Shown here: piece by piece, positions 37,347-47,090 of the stretch
How the letters are laid out: every line of letters begins with the position of its first letter
Numbering within the stretch: position 1 is the stretch's first letter
Assembly (NCBI GenBank): GCA_964651495.1
Contig: CAZYWP010000005.1
Location: 1 to 55,200 of the forward strand
DNA length: 55,200 bases
Reading direction: 5' to 3'
Origin: an uncultured Eubacteriales bacterium
GTDB taxonomy: Bacteria; Acidobacteriota; Aminicenantia; Aminicenantales; UBA8522
Notes under the pieces: model-generated
Told to the model about the DNA's origin: nothing
The model's database searches: none
What the model saw: the letters and a program-made list of their open reading frames with translations, nothing else
Position numbers and translations under genes: made by a program

Positions 37347-38351
37347 ATGAAAAAAGAATGTTTCCCGGGCTGGCTGCTCATGGCCGCCCTGGGCGTCGTG
37401 TCCATGGTCCTCTCGAACCTCGTCGTCGCCGGCGGCAAGCATCCGCTCGAGGCGACGGCGGTCGCCGTTGTCCTCGGCCTCCTCGTCCGAAACCTGGGGC
37501 TCGTTCCTGGTCTCTTCCATCCCGGGATCCGGCAGTTCGAAAAATTCCTCATCTGGGGCGTCATCCTCATCGGCGCCACCCTGAACTTCAAGGACATCGG
37601 CTCGCAGGGCCCCCGGATGCTGGCCATCATCCTGGTCACCATGGCGGTCAGCTATTTCGTCATCTATGGACTCGGCCGGCTGTTCCAGCTCTCCCCCACT
37701 CTATCGACGCTCCTTTCGGTCGGGACGACTATCTGCGGCGGCTCGGCCATCGCCGTTACCGCGCCGCTCATTAAGGCCAAGGAAGAAGAGACAAGCTACG
37801 CCATCGGCACGATCACGCTGTGGGGGCTGGCGGCCATCCTGTTCTATCCGAAAATCGCCCAGGCCTTCGATGTGGGTGACATCGCTTTCGGCGTCTTCGC
37901 CGGAACGGCCATCCACGCCACACCCCAGGTTGTCGGGGCCGGGTTTATCTACTCCGACCTGGCCGGAAAGACGGCCACGGCGGTCAAGCTCGTCCGCAAC
38001 TGCTTCCTGGCGCCGCTGGCCTTCCTCATCGCCGCCTGGTTCACCAGGGCTTATCTCCAGGAGGCGGCGCAAGAAAAAAGAAAGGTCAACTGGGCCAAGG
38101 CGTTCCCCTGGTTCCTCTTCGGCTACTTCATAATGGCCGGGCTCAACACCGCCGGCTATTTCTCGGCCAAGGGAATCAGCGGACTGACCTGGCTGGGGCG
38201 GTTCCTGATCGTGGTTTCCATGGCCGGGATCGGCCTGAACACCCTCTTCGGCGCCTTCAAGAAAGTCGGGCTTAAACCTCTGCTGGTGGGCCTTCTCGGC
38301 GCCCTGGTGGTGGCCGGCGTGAGCATTGTCCTGATCAGCGGGCTTCTCTGA
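37347..38351 (+). CDS. YeiH-like putative sulfate exporter family transporter
   Basis: About 10 TM helices; GTTICGGSAI, AIH..PQV.GAG, VKL.R, PWFL.G, MAGIGL.T. Confidence 0.88.
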   Translation: MKKECFPGWLLMAALGVVSMVLSNLVVAGGKHPLEATAVAVVLGLLVRNLGLVPGLFHPGIRQFEKFLIWGVILIGATLNFKDIGSQGPRMLAIILVTMAVSYFVIYGLGRLFQLSPTLSTLLSVGTTICGGSAIAVTAPLIKAKEEETSYAIGTITLWGLAAILFYPKIAQAFDVGDIAFGVFAGTAIHATPQVVGAGFIYSDLAGKTATAVKLVRNCFLAPLAFLIAAWFTRAYLQEAAQEKRKVNWAKAFPWFLFGYFIMAGLNTAGYFSAKGISGLTWLGRFLIVVSMAGIGLNTLFGAFKKVGLKPLLVGLLGALVVAGVSIVLISGLL

Positions 38352-38375
38352 ATAGCGAGTCCGCCTCTTGTTGTC

Positions 38376-40775
38376 TCATTTTGTATAGATTTTCATCTCC
38401 GCCACTTGCCAGGGAAGAGAGTCATCATACCCGATCTGGATAATTTTCAGATGTCTGACCTTATCCTTGAGCGGATAGATGTTCTGCCCCAAGCCCTGAG
38501 GCGACCGCGCTAAATCCCGGACAAACTCGCCGGGGTGATACACGCTATCGAGATGTTCCCATCTTCGGCCGTCCGCAGAGGTCTCCACATGGATATCCTT
38601 GGCGAATCCGCCGGTAAATGGACCAAGCAAGAGAGACACTTTGGTCACATCAGTCGGCTGCAGAAACTCTACCCAGAGGAATTGCCCGTCTCCCTTCGGG
38701 GTATCGGCGCTCCAGATGGTCTCGAGGTCGTTGTCTCTCAACAAACCCACGAAGCCTTCGTTCTGGCAGGCCCTAACGCTCCATTCCGAAACAGGGATTT
38801 CACGATACGTCCCTGCCTCTCTTTTTGCCGGGCCGTCTTCCTCCTGAACAACCTCGTAAATCTGGTCGTGACCGAAGAACTCGGCCAGGTCGGTCGGGTT
38901 CTTAAAGCTATAGGTGAAGTCCTGAACCAATTTTAAATCGTCCCGAAACTGTTCCCGAATTCTCCGAACTCTCCGTTCGGCCGTCTCCTCATCCCACATC
39001 TTCAGATGGAGAACGACATATTGAATTTTGACCGCCTTCAGGATGTCGAGGCACTCTCCGGAAGGGAAATTCTCAAACTGGTCTCGGAACCCAAATTCAT
39101 AGACGGGAGGCCAAAAACCGCTGTAGCCGTTGACGATGTTCTTTTTATGAAAAATTGAAAAAAGCATGTAGCCGGTCTCATCGCCGACATCCGGGAAGAA
39201 GGGAAGCTCGAGGACTGCCGGACGGCCCGTCTTGGCTTTCAGCCAGTGATAGGTCGGCGGGATATCTCTCCCGGTCGGGATGGTCTCCATTGCCTTGGGA
39301 AGAGAAAGATATTCGAGATTCAGGAAGAGAATCAGAGCCGCCCCCATGACAACCTGAATCTCTCGCGTCCGCCATCGGCTGCTCAGAAGCTTGATTCCAT
39401 AACCGGCCAGCACAACCAAGGAAAAGATGACGAAAATGGCGTACCGCGATGGCTCCCGGATACCCTTGAACCCGGGGAAATAATTCCTGAAGAACTGAAA
39501 AGGCATCGGGAAAACCCCGGTCGAATGGCCGAGGAAAGACACCTTTGTGCCGAACGACAATAAGAGAGCCCATAAAGACAGGGTGAGATACAAGACAAAT
39601 ATCCCAGCCTCCCGGGACCTTGGCTGTTTCTCTCTCCAGAGATAGCCAAACAAAGAGATAGCCACATACAAGACGGAGGGCACGATTATGTAGAGCAAGA
39701 GCTTGGCCGGGTTGGAAAACGAAACGGAAGCGAAGCCCAATCGCCACGACCAAGCCCCTCCGATCAAGCGGGCAGCCATCAGGGCGACGCCGAGAGAGAT
39801 CAGCGCCAGAAAAGAAATTCTCAGGGCTTTCGGAGGCCGTCTGAAAATGGCGCTTTGTCTGATCGCTGCGAGGCCGGCAAAAAAGAGGGCCAGGATGCCC
39901 GGAAACAGCCAGTGCTCGTGCCGGCCCAGCTTGGACAGGGATTTCAAGAAGACATTCCCGTCGAAGGCCGCCAGATAATGGAGGAACTCCGCACCCTCCT
40001 GAGCCCCCCGGTCTAGGCCGAAAGTCCTGGCAAAGGCAAAGTAAGGGAGCGCAAAGACAGCCAGGACGGCCCCGGCAACGGACATGGGGAGAACGAGCTT
40101 CGTTAAGCAGGAAAAACGGATCGGCCGGCGAGAGATTAAAATAGCCAGGGGGAGACCGACCGTCAAAATAGAGATCATAAACAGCCCGTAATAGATGCAG
40201 GCCAGCGCTTGAAGAGAGAAAAACAGAGAGAACAAAATGGCATTCCGGATCCTCTTATCCTCCAGGAATTTATGGAGGTAAAGGAAAGTGAGGGGGATCA
40301 ATCCCGAGCTCAAGAGCTGGAGATGAGCAATGTGATTCATCAAGTACGAGTTGAAGGCGAACATGACGCCGCAGGCCAGCCCCGCCAGAGAATTCTTTGT
40401 CAGATAGCAGACAAGTAGGAACATGCCCCAGGCGTTGAGAAAATGGGAGAGAAAAAAGACGAAGTTGTAGACGAGCACTGGGTTCCCGGAGATGAGCCGG
40501 AGCGGAAGGGAAATCATCGCTTGAGGGAAGAGATGTTCGGAGAAACTGAGAGTGTTTTTGGCCGGATAGAAAATATTGGCGTCGAACATCTTCAGCGGAT
40601 CAGAAAAAATTTGGGACTGAACCCAGGAGATGATCCAGGTGTTGAGCAGGCAGTCGTACCTGTCGAAGAGAGCATCGGCCGGGTGAAGCGACAGGGGCAG
40701 GAGTTGAATGAAAGTCAGCAGCAAAAAGAGCGTGATGACGCCGATTTTGGATTTGAGGCTCAGCTCCAATTTCAA
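38376..40775 (-). CDS. GT-C-like (YfhO-type) polytopic membrane protein with C-terminal discoidin-like domain
   Basis: D..LN.WI..W, NIFYP...TL.FSEH, PGF.GIREP.R, VNGYSGF.P; C-terminal D.DLET.W...Q.L.V.F...ETSADG..W. Start uncertain (TTG at 40775). Confidence 0.7.
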   Translation of the reverse strand: MKLELSLKSKIGVITLFLLLTFIQLLPLSLHPADALFDRYDCLLNTWIISWVQSQIFSDPLKMFDANIFYPAKNTLSFSEHLFPQAMISLPLRLISGNPVLVYNFVFFLSHFLNAWGMFLLVCYLTKNSLAGLACGVMFAFNSYLMNHIAHLQLLSSGLIPLTFLYLHKFLEDKRIRNAILFSLFFSLQALACIYYGLFMISILTVGLPLAILISRRPIRFSCLTKLVLPMSVAGAVLAVFALPYFAFARTFGLDRGAQEGAEFLHYLAAFDGNVFLKSLSKLGRHEHWLFPGILALFFAGLAAIRQSAIFRRPPKALRISFLALISLGVALMAARLIGGAWSWRLGFASVSFSNPAKLLLYIIVPSVLYVAISLFGYLWREKQPRSREAGIFVLYLTLSLWALLLSFGTKVSFLGHSTGVFPMPFQFFRNYFPGFKGIREPSRYAIFVIFSLVVLAGYGIKLLSSRWRTREIQVVMGAALILFLNLEYLSLPKAMETIPTGRDIPPTYHWLKAKTGRPAVLELPFFPDVGDETGYMLFSIFHKKNIVNGYSGFWPPVYEFGFRDQFENFPSGECLDILKAVKIQYVVLHLKMWDEETAERRVRRIREQFRDDLKLVQDFTYSFKNPTDLAEFFGHDQIYEVVQEEDGPAKREAGTYREIPVSEWSVRACQNEGFVGLLRDNDLETIWSADTPKGDGQFLWVEFLQPTDVTKVSLLLGPFTGGFAKDIHVETSADGRRWEHLDSVYHPGEFVRDLARSPQGLGQNIYPLKDKVRHLKIIQIGYDDSLPWQVAEMKIYTK

Positions 40776-40824
40776 GAACTCTCTTTTATGAGGATAGCGC
40801 AAAAAAGCTTCTTTATGAAATTTC

Positions 40825-41256
40825 CTAGTCCAGATGCAGGGCAAAGACGAAGGCGTCCTCGGGCGGGTAGGCATAATAGCCCTTCCGGACGGAGATCATT
40901 CTGAACCCGAGCTTTTTATAGAGATGAAGGGCTCCCGTGTTGGAGGGCCGGACTTCCAGCGTGATCAGTTTCCCCCCCCGGAATTTGATCTCTTCGATGA
41001 CCTGCCTCAGGACCTGCTCGCCGATTCCCAGCCGGCGAAAGTCGGGATGGACGGCGATGTTGCTGACCTGGACCTCCTCGCCGATCTGCCAGTAAATGAT
41101 ATAGCCGATGACCCTGTTCAGCCTCGAATGGACAACGACCAGGGGATAGGAAATCGGGCGGTGTTGAATCTCGCCGCGGAAGGTGCTCTCCTGCCAGGGA
41201 CTGGGAAAGGAGATCCGCTCGATCACCAGGACGGAAGGGACATCCCCCTGCTCCAT
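40825..41256 (-). CDS. rimI: Ribosomal protein S18 alanine N-acetyltransferase (GNAT); true start probably upstream, up to 41301
   Basis: NIAVHPDFRRLGIG, LEVRPSN..A..LY.K.GF....RKGYY..P.EDA; directly downstream of tsaB. Confidence 0.9.
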   Translation of the reverse strand: MEQGDVPSVLVIERISFPSPWQESTFRGEIQHRPISYPLVVVHSRLNRVIGYIIYWQIGEEVQVSNIAVHPDFRRLGIGEQVLRQVIEEIKFRGGKLITLEVRPSNTGALHLYKKLGFRMISVRKGYYAYPPEDAFVFALHLD

Positions 41257-41297
41257 CCTGCGGAGGAAATAAAACTTCTGGGGCAGCTTTTCTCTTT

Positions 41298-41978
41298 CTA
41301 TTTTTTCTCCTCCGCCTGGGATTTTCGGAAATAGAGGGGGACGAGGGCTTCTCCGCTGACCCCCTGTCCTTTTTTTAATGCTTCATATCCGAGCACTCCG
41401 ACTTCATAGCCGATGAAATGGGAACGCGCCGAGAAGCGGGCTTTGTCCTTGAGGTAGGCCAGGATCTTCTCCTTGAAGACTCCGACGCCGCTGCCGATGA
41501 AATAGACGACGCGGTGCGCCGGCAGGAGGGAGAAAAACCGGTCGGGCGCGTACGCTCCCTGCGGGATGACCTCGACAAGCCCGTGGCCCCGGGATTCGAA
41601 GAGGGCGCTGAAGACCTCGCCCTTCTTGGCATCGATGAGCGGACAAAACAGCCGGCCCGCGGTTTCGCGGAGCTTCAAGGCCAGGGCCTCCAGGCTCGAG
41701 ACCGGGGCCACACGTTTGCCCGAAGCGAAAGCCAGAGCTTTGATCGTGCTCATCCCGATCCGGATGCCGGTGAAGGAGCCGGGGCCGGCCGCTACGGCGA
41801 AGCCCTCGATATCCCTGGCTTCAAGGCCGTTGGACTTCAACAGGTGGTCCACCGCACGGAGCAGGCGGGCGGAATGGGTGGTCGCCGCTTCGGCGTTGTC
41901 CTCGGCGACCAGCCTGGTGCTGTCGAGCAGGGCGACCGACCCGCTGCTCGTGGTCGTGTCCAGGGCCAGGATGTGCAT
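41298..41978 (-). CDS. tsaB: t6A biosynthesis protein TsaB
   Basis: ILALDTTT, HS..LL, GPGSFTG.RIG, P.IDAK.GEV, P.Y.R.SQAE. Confidence 0.95.
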   Translation of the reverse strand: MHILALDTTTSSGSVALLDSTRLVAEDNAEAATTHSARLLRAVDHLLKSNGLEARDIEGFAVAAGPGSFTGIRIGMSTIKALAFASGKRVAPVSSLEALALKLRETAGRLFCPLIDAKKGEVFSALFESRGHGLVEVIPQGAYAPDRFFSLLPAHRVVYFIGSGVGVFKEKILAYLKDKARFSARSHFIGYEVGVLGYEALKKGQGVSGEALVPLYFRKSQAEEKK

Positions 41979-41979
41979 C

Positions 41980-42528
41980 TCAGCCTCCCCCGCCCGTCTT
42001 CCGGCCGAAGGCGAACAGGCTTCCGGCGCGGAAGATCTCGCGCTGGACGGCGCTCATGGGCTCCGCGGCAAAAGAAACGTTTTTGTTCAGGTTCCGGGCC
42101 TTCCCGGAAATAAGATCGATTTCCACCTCGTCGCCCGTCTCCAGGAGGCGGCCGGTCGTCAGACTCCCGAGCTCTGAACAGCGGAGAACCGGCAGCCCGG
42201 AATTGACGGCGTTCCGGAAGTAGATCGAAGAGTAGGACGGCGCCAGGATGGCCCCGATTTTCAGGGCGATGAAACAGTCGACGGCCTGCTGCCGGGAGGA
42301 GCCGGCGCCGAAATTCCGACCGGCGGCAATGATATCACCGGGCTTCGCTCTGGCCGGAAAATCCTTCCACCCTTCCAGGTTGCCAAAGGCATGCCGTCCC
42401 ATCTCGGAGAGGTCGGTGATGTGGAGGAAGGCGTTATGGAAGATCTGGTCGGTATCGATGTCTTCGATCAGGTTTCTCCCCTGATCGGTCAGAACCCAAA
42501 GGCGGCCGCGGTGCGCAGTCTCTTCCAT
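41980..42528 (-). CDS. Aconitase-family hydro-lyase small subunit (LeuD/HacB-like), pair 1
   Basis: DIDTDQI, NFGAGSSRQQA, IYFRNAVN.GLP. Confidence 0.88.
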   Translation of the reverse strand: MEETAHRGRLWVLTDQGRNLIEDIDTDQIFHNAFLHITDLSEMGRHAFGNLEGWKDFPARAKPGDIIAAGRNFGAGSSRQQAVDCFIALKIGAILAPSYSSIYFRNAVNSGLPVLRCSELGSLTTGRLLETGDEVEIDLISGKARNLNKNVSFAAEPMSAVQREIFRAGSLFAFGRKTGGGG

Positions 42529-43779
42529 TTACAGGTCCTCCGGGCCGGCGATCTGTCCCAAGACGCAGGAGGCGGCGACGACGGCCGGGCCAGCCAAATA
42601 GGTCTGGCCTTTCCCCTGTTTGCCGGCGAAATTGCGGTTTCCCGTACTGATCTGGACTTCCCCCCGGCCGGTCAGCCCGACATGGCCCTCGGCGCAGCCG
42701 CCGCAGCCGGGGTTGACGATTATGGCTCCGGCCTCGAATAAATTCTGGAGAATCCTATTTTCCAGGAGCTTTTCATAAACGCGGCGGGTCGCCGGAACGA
42801 TTTTCAGCATGATCCCTTTTTTGACCTTCCGGCCCTTGAGGAGACGGGCCGCCTCGGCGAAGTCCTCCAGCCGGCCGTTGGTGCAGGAGCCGATGAACCC
42901 GGAATCGATTTTCGTTCCCCGAAGCTCCGCCACAGGCCTGACGTTCGTCGGGGAAGGCGGGGCCGCCGCCTGCGGAGTGAGCCCCTGGATGTCGATTTCA
43001 AGGGTCTCGGCGTAGGCGGCATCGGCATCGGCCGCCACGGGCGAAAAGGGCACGCCGGCGTATTTCTCAATCTCTTTTCTTGCTTCCTGGCCGCACTCCG
43101 GTATGAACCCGATGATGCCAGCCATCTCGGTGACCATGCTGCAGAGCGTCAAGCGGCCGGCCAGGGTCAGGCCGGCCAGGGCCGGCCCATAAAACTCGGC
43201 CGATTTCAGGGCGATCTTCTTTGTCCCCAGCTCTCTGAGCAGGAACAGAGTAAGGTCTTTCGCCGAGGCGGGCTGATTCAAATTCCCTTTGATGACCACC
43301 CGAACCGATTCCGGGACCTCAAACCAGGTCCGGCCGGTCCGGAAGGCAAAGGTGATATCGACGTCGCCCATCCCCTGGCCGAAACACCCGATGGCCCCCA
43401 GGATGTTCATATGGCTGTCGGTGCCGACAACGATGGCGTTCGGACGGGCCAGCCCCTCTTCCATCAGCACGTGGGTGCCGATGCCGCTGTCGACGTCAAA
43501 GACTCCGGCGCCGTGCTTCCGGGCGAAATCGCGGCAGGCCTGCTGGTTGTCGGCGTAGCTGAGCGTGCAGGCGGGCGCACAGAGGTCGAAGGTGAAAAAC
43601 GTCCTGGCCGGGTCGGCCAGACCAAGGCCGGCGTATTCCCGTTCGTAATTCTTGACCACATTCGGGCCGCCGAAATCGCGGGCCGAGCGGACGTCCAGGT
43701 CCAGCCAGACAATCCGGCCGGGCGCCACATCGTCACCGGTGTGGGCCCGGATGATCTTTTCGATGATCGTTTTGCCCAT
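42529..43779 (-). CDS. Aconitase-family hydro-lyase large subunit (LeuC/HacA-like), pair 1, divergent active site
   Basis: GTDSH, GSCTNGRLED, NPGCGGC, STGNRNF.G.QG; start ATG at 43779. Confidence 0.88.
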   Translation of the reverse strand: MGKTIIEKIIRAHTGDDVAPGRIVWLDLDVRSARDFGGPNVVKNYEREYAGLGLADPARTFFTFDLCAPACTLSYADNQQACRDFARKHGAGVFDVDSGIGTHVLMEEGLARPNAIVVGTDSHMNILGAIGCFGQGMGDVDITFAFRTGRTWFEVPESVRVVIKGNLNQPASAKDLTLFLLRELGTKKIALKSAEFYGPALAGLTLAGRLTLCSMVTEMAGIIGFIPECGQEARKEIEKYAGVPFSPVAADADAAYAETLEIDIQGLTPQAAAPPSPTNVRPVAELRGTKIDSGFIGSCTNGRLEDFAEAARLLKGRKVKKGIMLKIVPATRRVYEKLLENRILQNLFEAGAIIVNPGCGGCAEGHVGLTGRGEVQISTGNRNFAGKQGKGQTYLAGPAVVAASCVLGQIAGPEDL

Positions 43780-43794
43780 TAGCCGCCTCAAAAC

Positions 43795-44910
43795 TCAGAG
43801 CTTGGCGCCAACTGCCTGCCCAATTTCAAGCGTGGTTGAAGTCCCGCCCATATCATAAGTCCGGGCTTGGCCTTCCCTGATCACCTCGGCGACGGCCTCC
43901 TCCAACCGTCTCCCTTTTTCCGTTTCTCCCAGCCATTCAAGCATCATCTTGGCGGCCAGGAGGGTGGCGATCGGGTTGACTTTGTACTGGCCGGCGTATT
44001 TGGGCGCCGAGCCGTGGGTCGGCTCGAAGACGGCGTATTTGTCGCCGATGTTCCCGGCCGAGGCGAACCCCAGCCCTCCGACCAGCTGGGCGGCGAGGTC
44101 GGAGATGATATCGCCGAACAGGTTTTCGGCCACGAGGATGTCGTAATCGTGCGGGTTCTTGACCAGCCACATGCACATGGCGTCCACGTTGGCCTCCTTG
44201 AGCGGGACCTGCGGATATTCCCTGGCGATCTTCCTGGCGAGGCCGAGCATCAGCCCGCCCGTTTCCCGCAGCACGTTCGGCTTTTCGACCACGGTCACCG
44301 AGCGGCGGCCAGCGTTGAGGGCGTATTCGAAGGCCGCCCGGACTATCCGCTCGCAGCCTTTTTTGGTCATGATCCGGGTCGAAAGGGCGATTTCATCGAG
44401 GGGAGTCGCCGCGAACGCCTTCATTTTGGGGTGGATGAGTAACGCGTCTCTCACAGACTGGGGCAGGGGAAAAAATTCCACGCCGGCATACATGCCCTCG
44501 GTGTTCTCGCGGAAGATCACCAGATCGATATTGTCGCGGTAGTTGAGGGGATTGCCCGGGTAGGCCCGGCAGGGCCTCATGTTGGTGTAGAGGTCGAATT
44601 CCTGGCGCAGCCGGACGATCGGGCTGAAATAGGACAACCCTTTGCCCTGCAGCGCGGGATCGAGCTCAGCGGCGGAGTCTTCCTTGGGCTTCGAGGTGAT
44701 CGCGCCGAACAGGCAGGCGTCGGTCGCCTTGAGCATCGCGATCGTGCGGTCGGGCAGGGCGTTGCCCTCCCGGCGCCAGAATTCCCAGCCGATATCGCCG
44801 TAAATATACTCGGCGTCGACTTCGAGCTTATTCAGGACGATCATGGCGGCCTCGATTACGTCCCGGCCTACTCCATCTCCCGGTAGGACGGCGATTCGGT
44901 ATTTAGGCAT
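43795..44910 (-). CDS. Isocitrate/isopropylmalate (beta-hydroxyacid decarboxylating) dehydrogenase family protein
   Basis: IAVLPGDGVG, LRQEFDLY.N.RP, RENTEG.Y, K.NVL, NLFGDIISDL.A.L.GGLG, FEPTHGSAP..AG....NP.A. Confidence 0.92.
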   Translation of the reverse strand: MPKYRIAVLPGDGVGRDVIEAAMIVLNKLEVDAEYIYGDIGWEFWRREGNALPDRTIAMLKATDACLFGAITSKPKEDSAAELDPALQGKGLSYFSPIVRLRQEFDLYTNMRPCRAYPGNPLNYRDNIDLVIFRENTEGMYAGVEFFPLPQSVRDALLIHPKMKAFAATPLDEIALSTRIMTKKGCERIVRAAFEYALNAGRRSVTVVEKPNVLRETGGLMLGLARKIAREYPQVPLKEANVDAMCMWLVKNPHDYDILVAENLFGDIISDLAAQLVGGLGFASAGNIGDKYAVFEPTHGSAPKYAGQYKVNPIATLLAAKMMLEWLGETEKGRRLEEAVAEVIREGQARTYDMGGTSTTLEIGQAVGAKL

Positions 44911-45133
44911 GCGCGGCTCCTTTCCTCGTCGAAGAAGAATTTACCATAATGCGATTTGGCGGGCAACCCGGCCGCTGTCCAGCGGCAATTTGGCGATTGC
45001 TTTCCATCTTTACACGGGCAGCGAAAATAAATAGAATTGGCCTCACCGATCCTGCTGCGGCCGGACTTCGACAAGTCCATGATCTCGGCGGCGGGGGAAT
45101 GTCGGTAAAACGAGCGTTCAGGAGAGGTGAAGA

Positions 45134-46387
45134 ATGAAAAAACAGAGATTGGGCGTCGGACTCATCGGCGGCGGGTTCGTGGCCAGGTTCCACATCCGGG
45201 CCTGGACCGGAGTCCGCGATGGCGACATTCTCGGGATCGTGGACAAAGACAAGAAAAGGGCGGAGGAGGCCGCGGCGCTGGCTAAGAAACTGGATGTCGG
45301 GAAGACAAAGGTTTATGGCTCGATCACCGAGATGGTTTCCGACCCGGCGATCGACGCCGTCTGGATCTGCTCCCCGAATTTCACGCGGCTGGAGGTCATG
45401 GAGGAAATCGTCCATGCTCTCCAAAAAGGAAAGGGGGCGCTTTTAGGCGTCTGCTGCGAGAAGCCGCTCGGCCGGAACGCCAAAGAGGCACGGCAGATGC
45501 TGGCCCTCGCCCAGAAGGGCAAACTCCTCGACGGCTATCTTGAAAACCAGGTCTTCGCCCCCTCGGTCGTCAGAGGCAAGCAGATCGTTTGGACCAGGGG
45601 CGCGGCTTTATCCGGGCGGCCCTACCTGGCCAGGGCGGCCGAGGAGCACAGCGGACCGCACATGCCTTGGTTCTGGGAAGGAAGCCTCCAGGGCGGCGGG
45701 GTCCTCAACGACATGATGTGCCATTCGGTCGAGGTGGCCCGCTTTTTGCTGACACCGCCCAAAGCCGACCGGAGCGTCCTCACTCCGTCAAAAGTCACGG
45801 CCTATGCCTCCTGCCTAAAATGGCAGATTCCTGAATATGCCAAAGTCCTTTGGGAACAAAGCGGCGGCAAGACCGACTATCTCAAGAGGCCGGCTGAGGA
45901 CTTTGCCCAGTCGCTGATTGAATACAGGGATGAAAAAGGAAGCCCCATCGTTGTCGAGACGACCACCTCGTGGTGCTATGTCGGCGCCGGGCTCCGCCTG
46001 AGCATGGAGCTCCTCGGCCCGGAATACGCCCTCCAGATCAACACCCTCGACGCCGACCTCAAAGTTTTCTTCAGCCGGAAGGTCCAGGGAAAAGCGGGAG
46101 AAGACCTGGTGGAGAAACAGAATGCCGAGGTCGGGCTGATGCCGGTCGTCAGCGACGAGGAAAACGTCTATGGCTACACGGCGGAAGACAGGCATATGGT
46201 CCAGTCATTCCTCAAAGGAGATCGTCCGAGCGAGAATTTCAGCGACGGCGTCAACGTGACCGAGCTTCTGATGACGGCCTACATGAGCGTGGAGAAGGAT
46301 AAGTCCCTCCCCTTCCCGCCCCCCGGCCTGGCGAATTTCGTCCCGGCCGCGGCGAAAGGGACCTGGAATCCGAAGAAAGGCCGGTAA
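45134..46387 (+). CDS. Gfo/Idh/MocA-family NAD(P)-dependent oxidoreductase
   Basis: GVGLIGGGFVARFH, D.V.IC.PN..R, CEKP, GGGVL.DM.CH; AGGAG RBS. Confidence 0.9.
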   Translation: MKKQRLGVGLIGGGFVARFHIRAWTGVRDGDILGIVDKDKKRAEEAAALAKKLDVGKTKVYGSITEMVSDPAIDAVWICSPNFTRLEVMEEIVHALQKGKGALLGVCCEKPLGRNAKEARQMLALAQKGKLLDGYLENQVFAPSVVRGKQIVWTRGAALSGRPYLARAAEEHSGPHMPWFWEGSLQGGGVLNDMMCHSVEVARFLLTPPKADRSVLTPSKVTAYASCLKWQIPEYAKVLWEQSGGKTDYLKRPAEDFAQSLIEYRDEKGSPIVVETTTSWCYVGAGLRLSMELLGPEYALQINTLDADLKVFFSRKVQGKAGEDLVEKQNAEVGLMPVVSDEENVYGYTAEDRHMVQSFLKGDRPSENFSDGVNVTELLMTAYMSVEKDKSLPFPPPGLANFVPAAAKGTWNPKKGR

Positions 46388-46814
46388 CTGCCCCTCATCC
46401 TCCAAAAATTTAAGTTGAAGCCGCCGAAAAAACTAAAGATCAATTCCCGCTTGCAGTGAAGACTCGACGGTAGTTTTGGTGAAATTAAAAGAGTTAATCC
46501 TGCCAAGTGTCAAACTTGGATTAGCCTCCTCCTTTTAGAGGAAGAGAAGCAAACCAAAAATCACCCCTTAAATCATCCAGAAAGACTGAGATAAAGAGCG
46601 AAGGATCTTGAAGGAGCAACCGCTGTCCACGGCGAGTTCCCATCCACCACTCTCCTGGCCACCGATTTCTTTTCCAGCTCGCTTCGGAGCTTTCGAGCAC
46701 GAAGCGAGCCGCCCCGCGATTCTCACTTTGTAATTATTAAGGAGGATTGTAAATACCCAAAAAAGGTTATTTTGGAGGTTATTTTAGATTAGCAAATATG
46801 AAAATGGGTAATGG

Positions 46815-47090
46815 CTATCTATACGCGTCCCCTCTTGGGAGTATCGCCACGATTTCAACGATCTTTCTCTCTTTGAAGAGCCGATAGATCAGCCGCCAGT
46901 CCCCAATTCTGTATCGAATAAGCCCTTTCAACTGTCCTGTAAGAGGTTTAATGTTATTCCCATATATCGGGTTCTTTTCCAAATCTTCAAAACAACCGTC
47001 AAGTCTTTGCTGGATATCCCTGGACGCTTTATCATAGACTCTTTTCGCCGGTTTCGTAAGGACTATTTCCCAGATGTCTTTTTGCGCCAC
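46815..47090 (-). CDS. RelE/ParE-family type II toxin
   Basis: W.I..T..A, L..NP, KPLTG.L.GL.RYRIGDWR.IY, I.PRGDAY. Confidence 0.88.
   Translation of the reverse strand: MAQKDIWEIVLTKPAKRVYDKASRDIQQRLDGCFEDLEKNPIYGNNIKPLTGQLKGLIRYRIGDWRLIYRLFKERKIVEIVAILPRGDAYR

Noticed and set aside
46677-46709. 10-bp inverted repeat GCTCGCTTCG...CGAAGCGAGC downstream of the toxin
   Set aside because: 13-nt loop and no U-tract following it on either strand, and no second copy seen; cannot be assigned as a terminator or REP.
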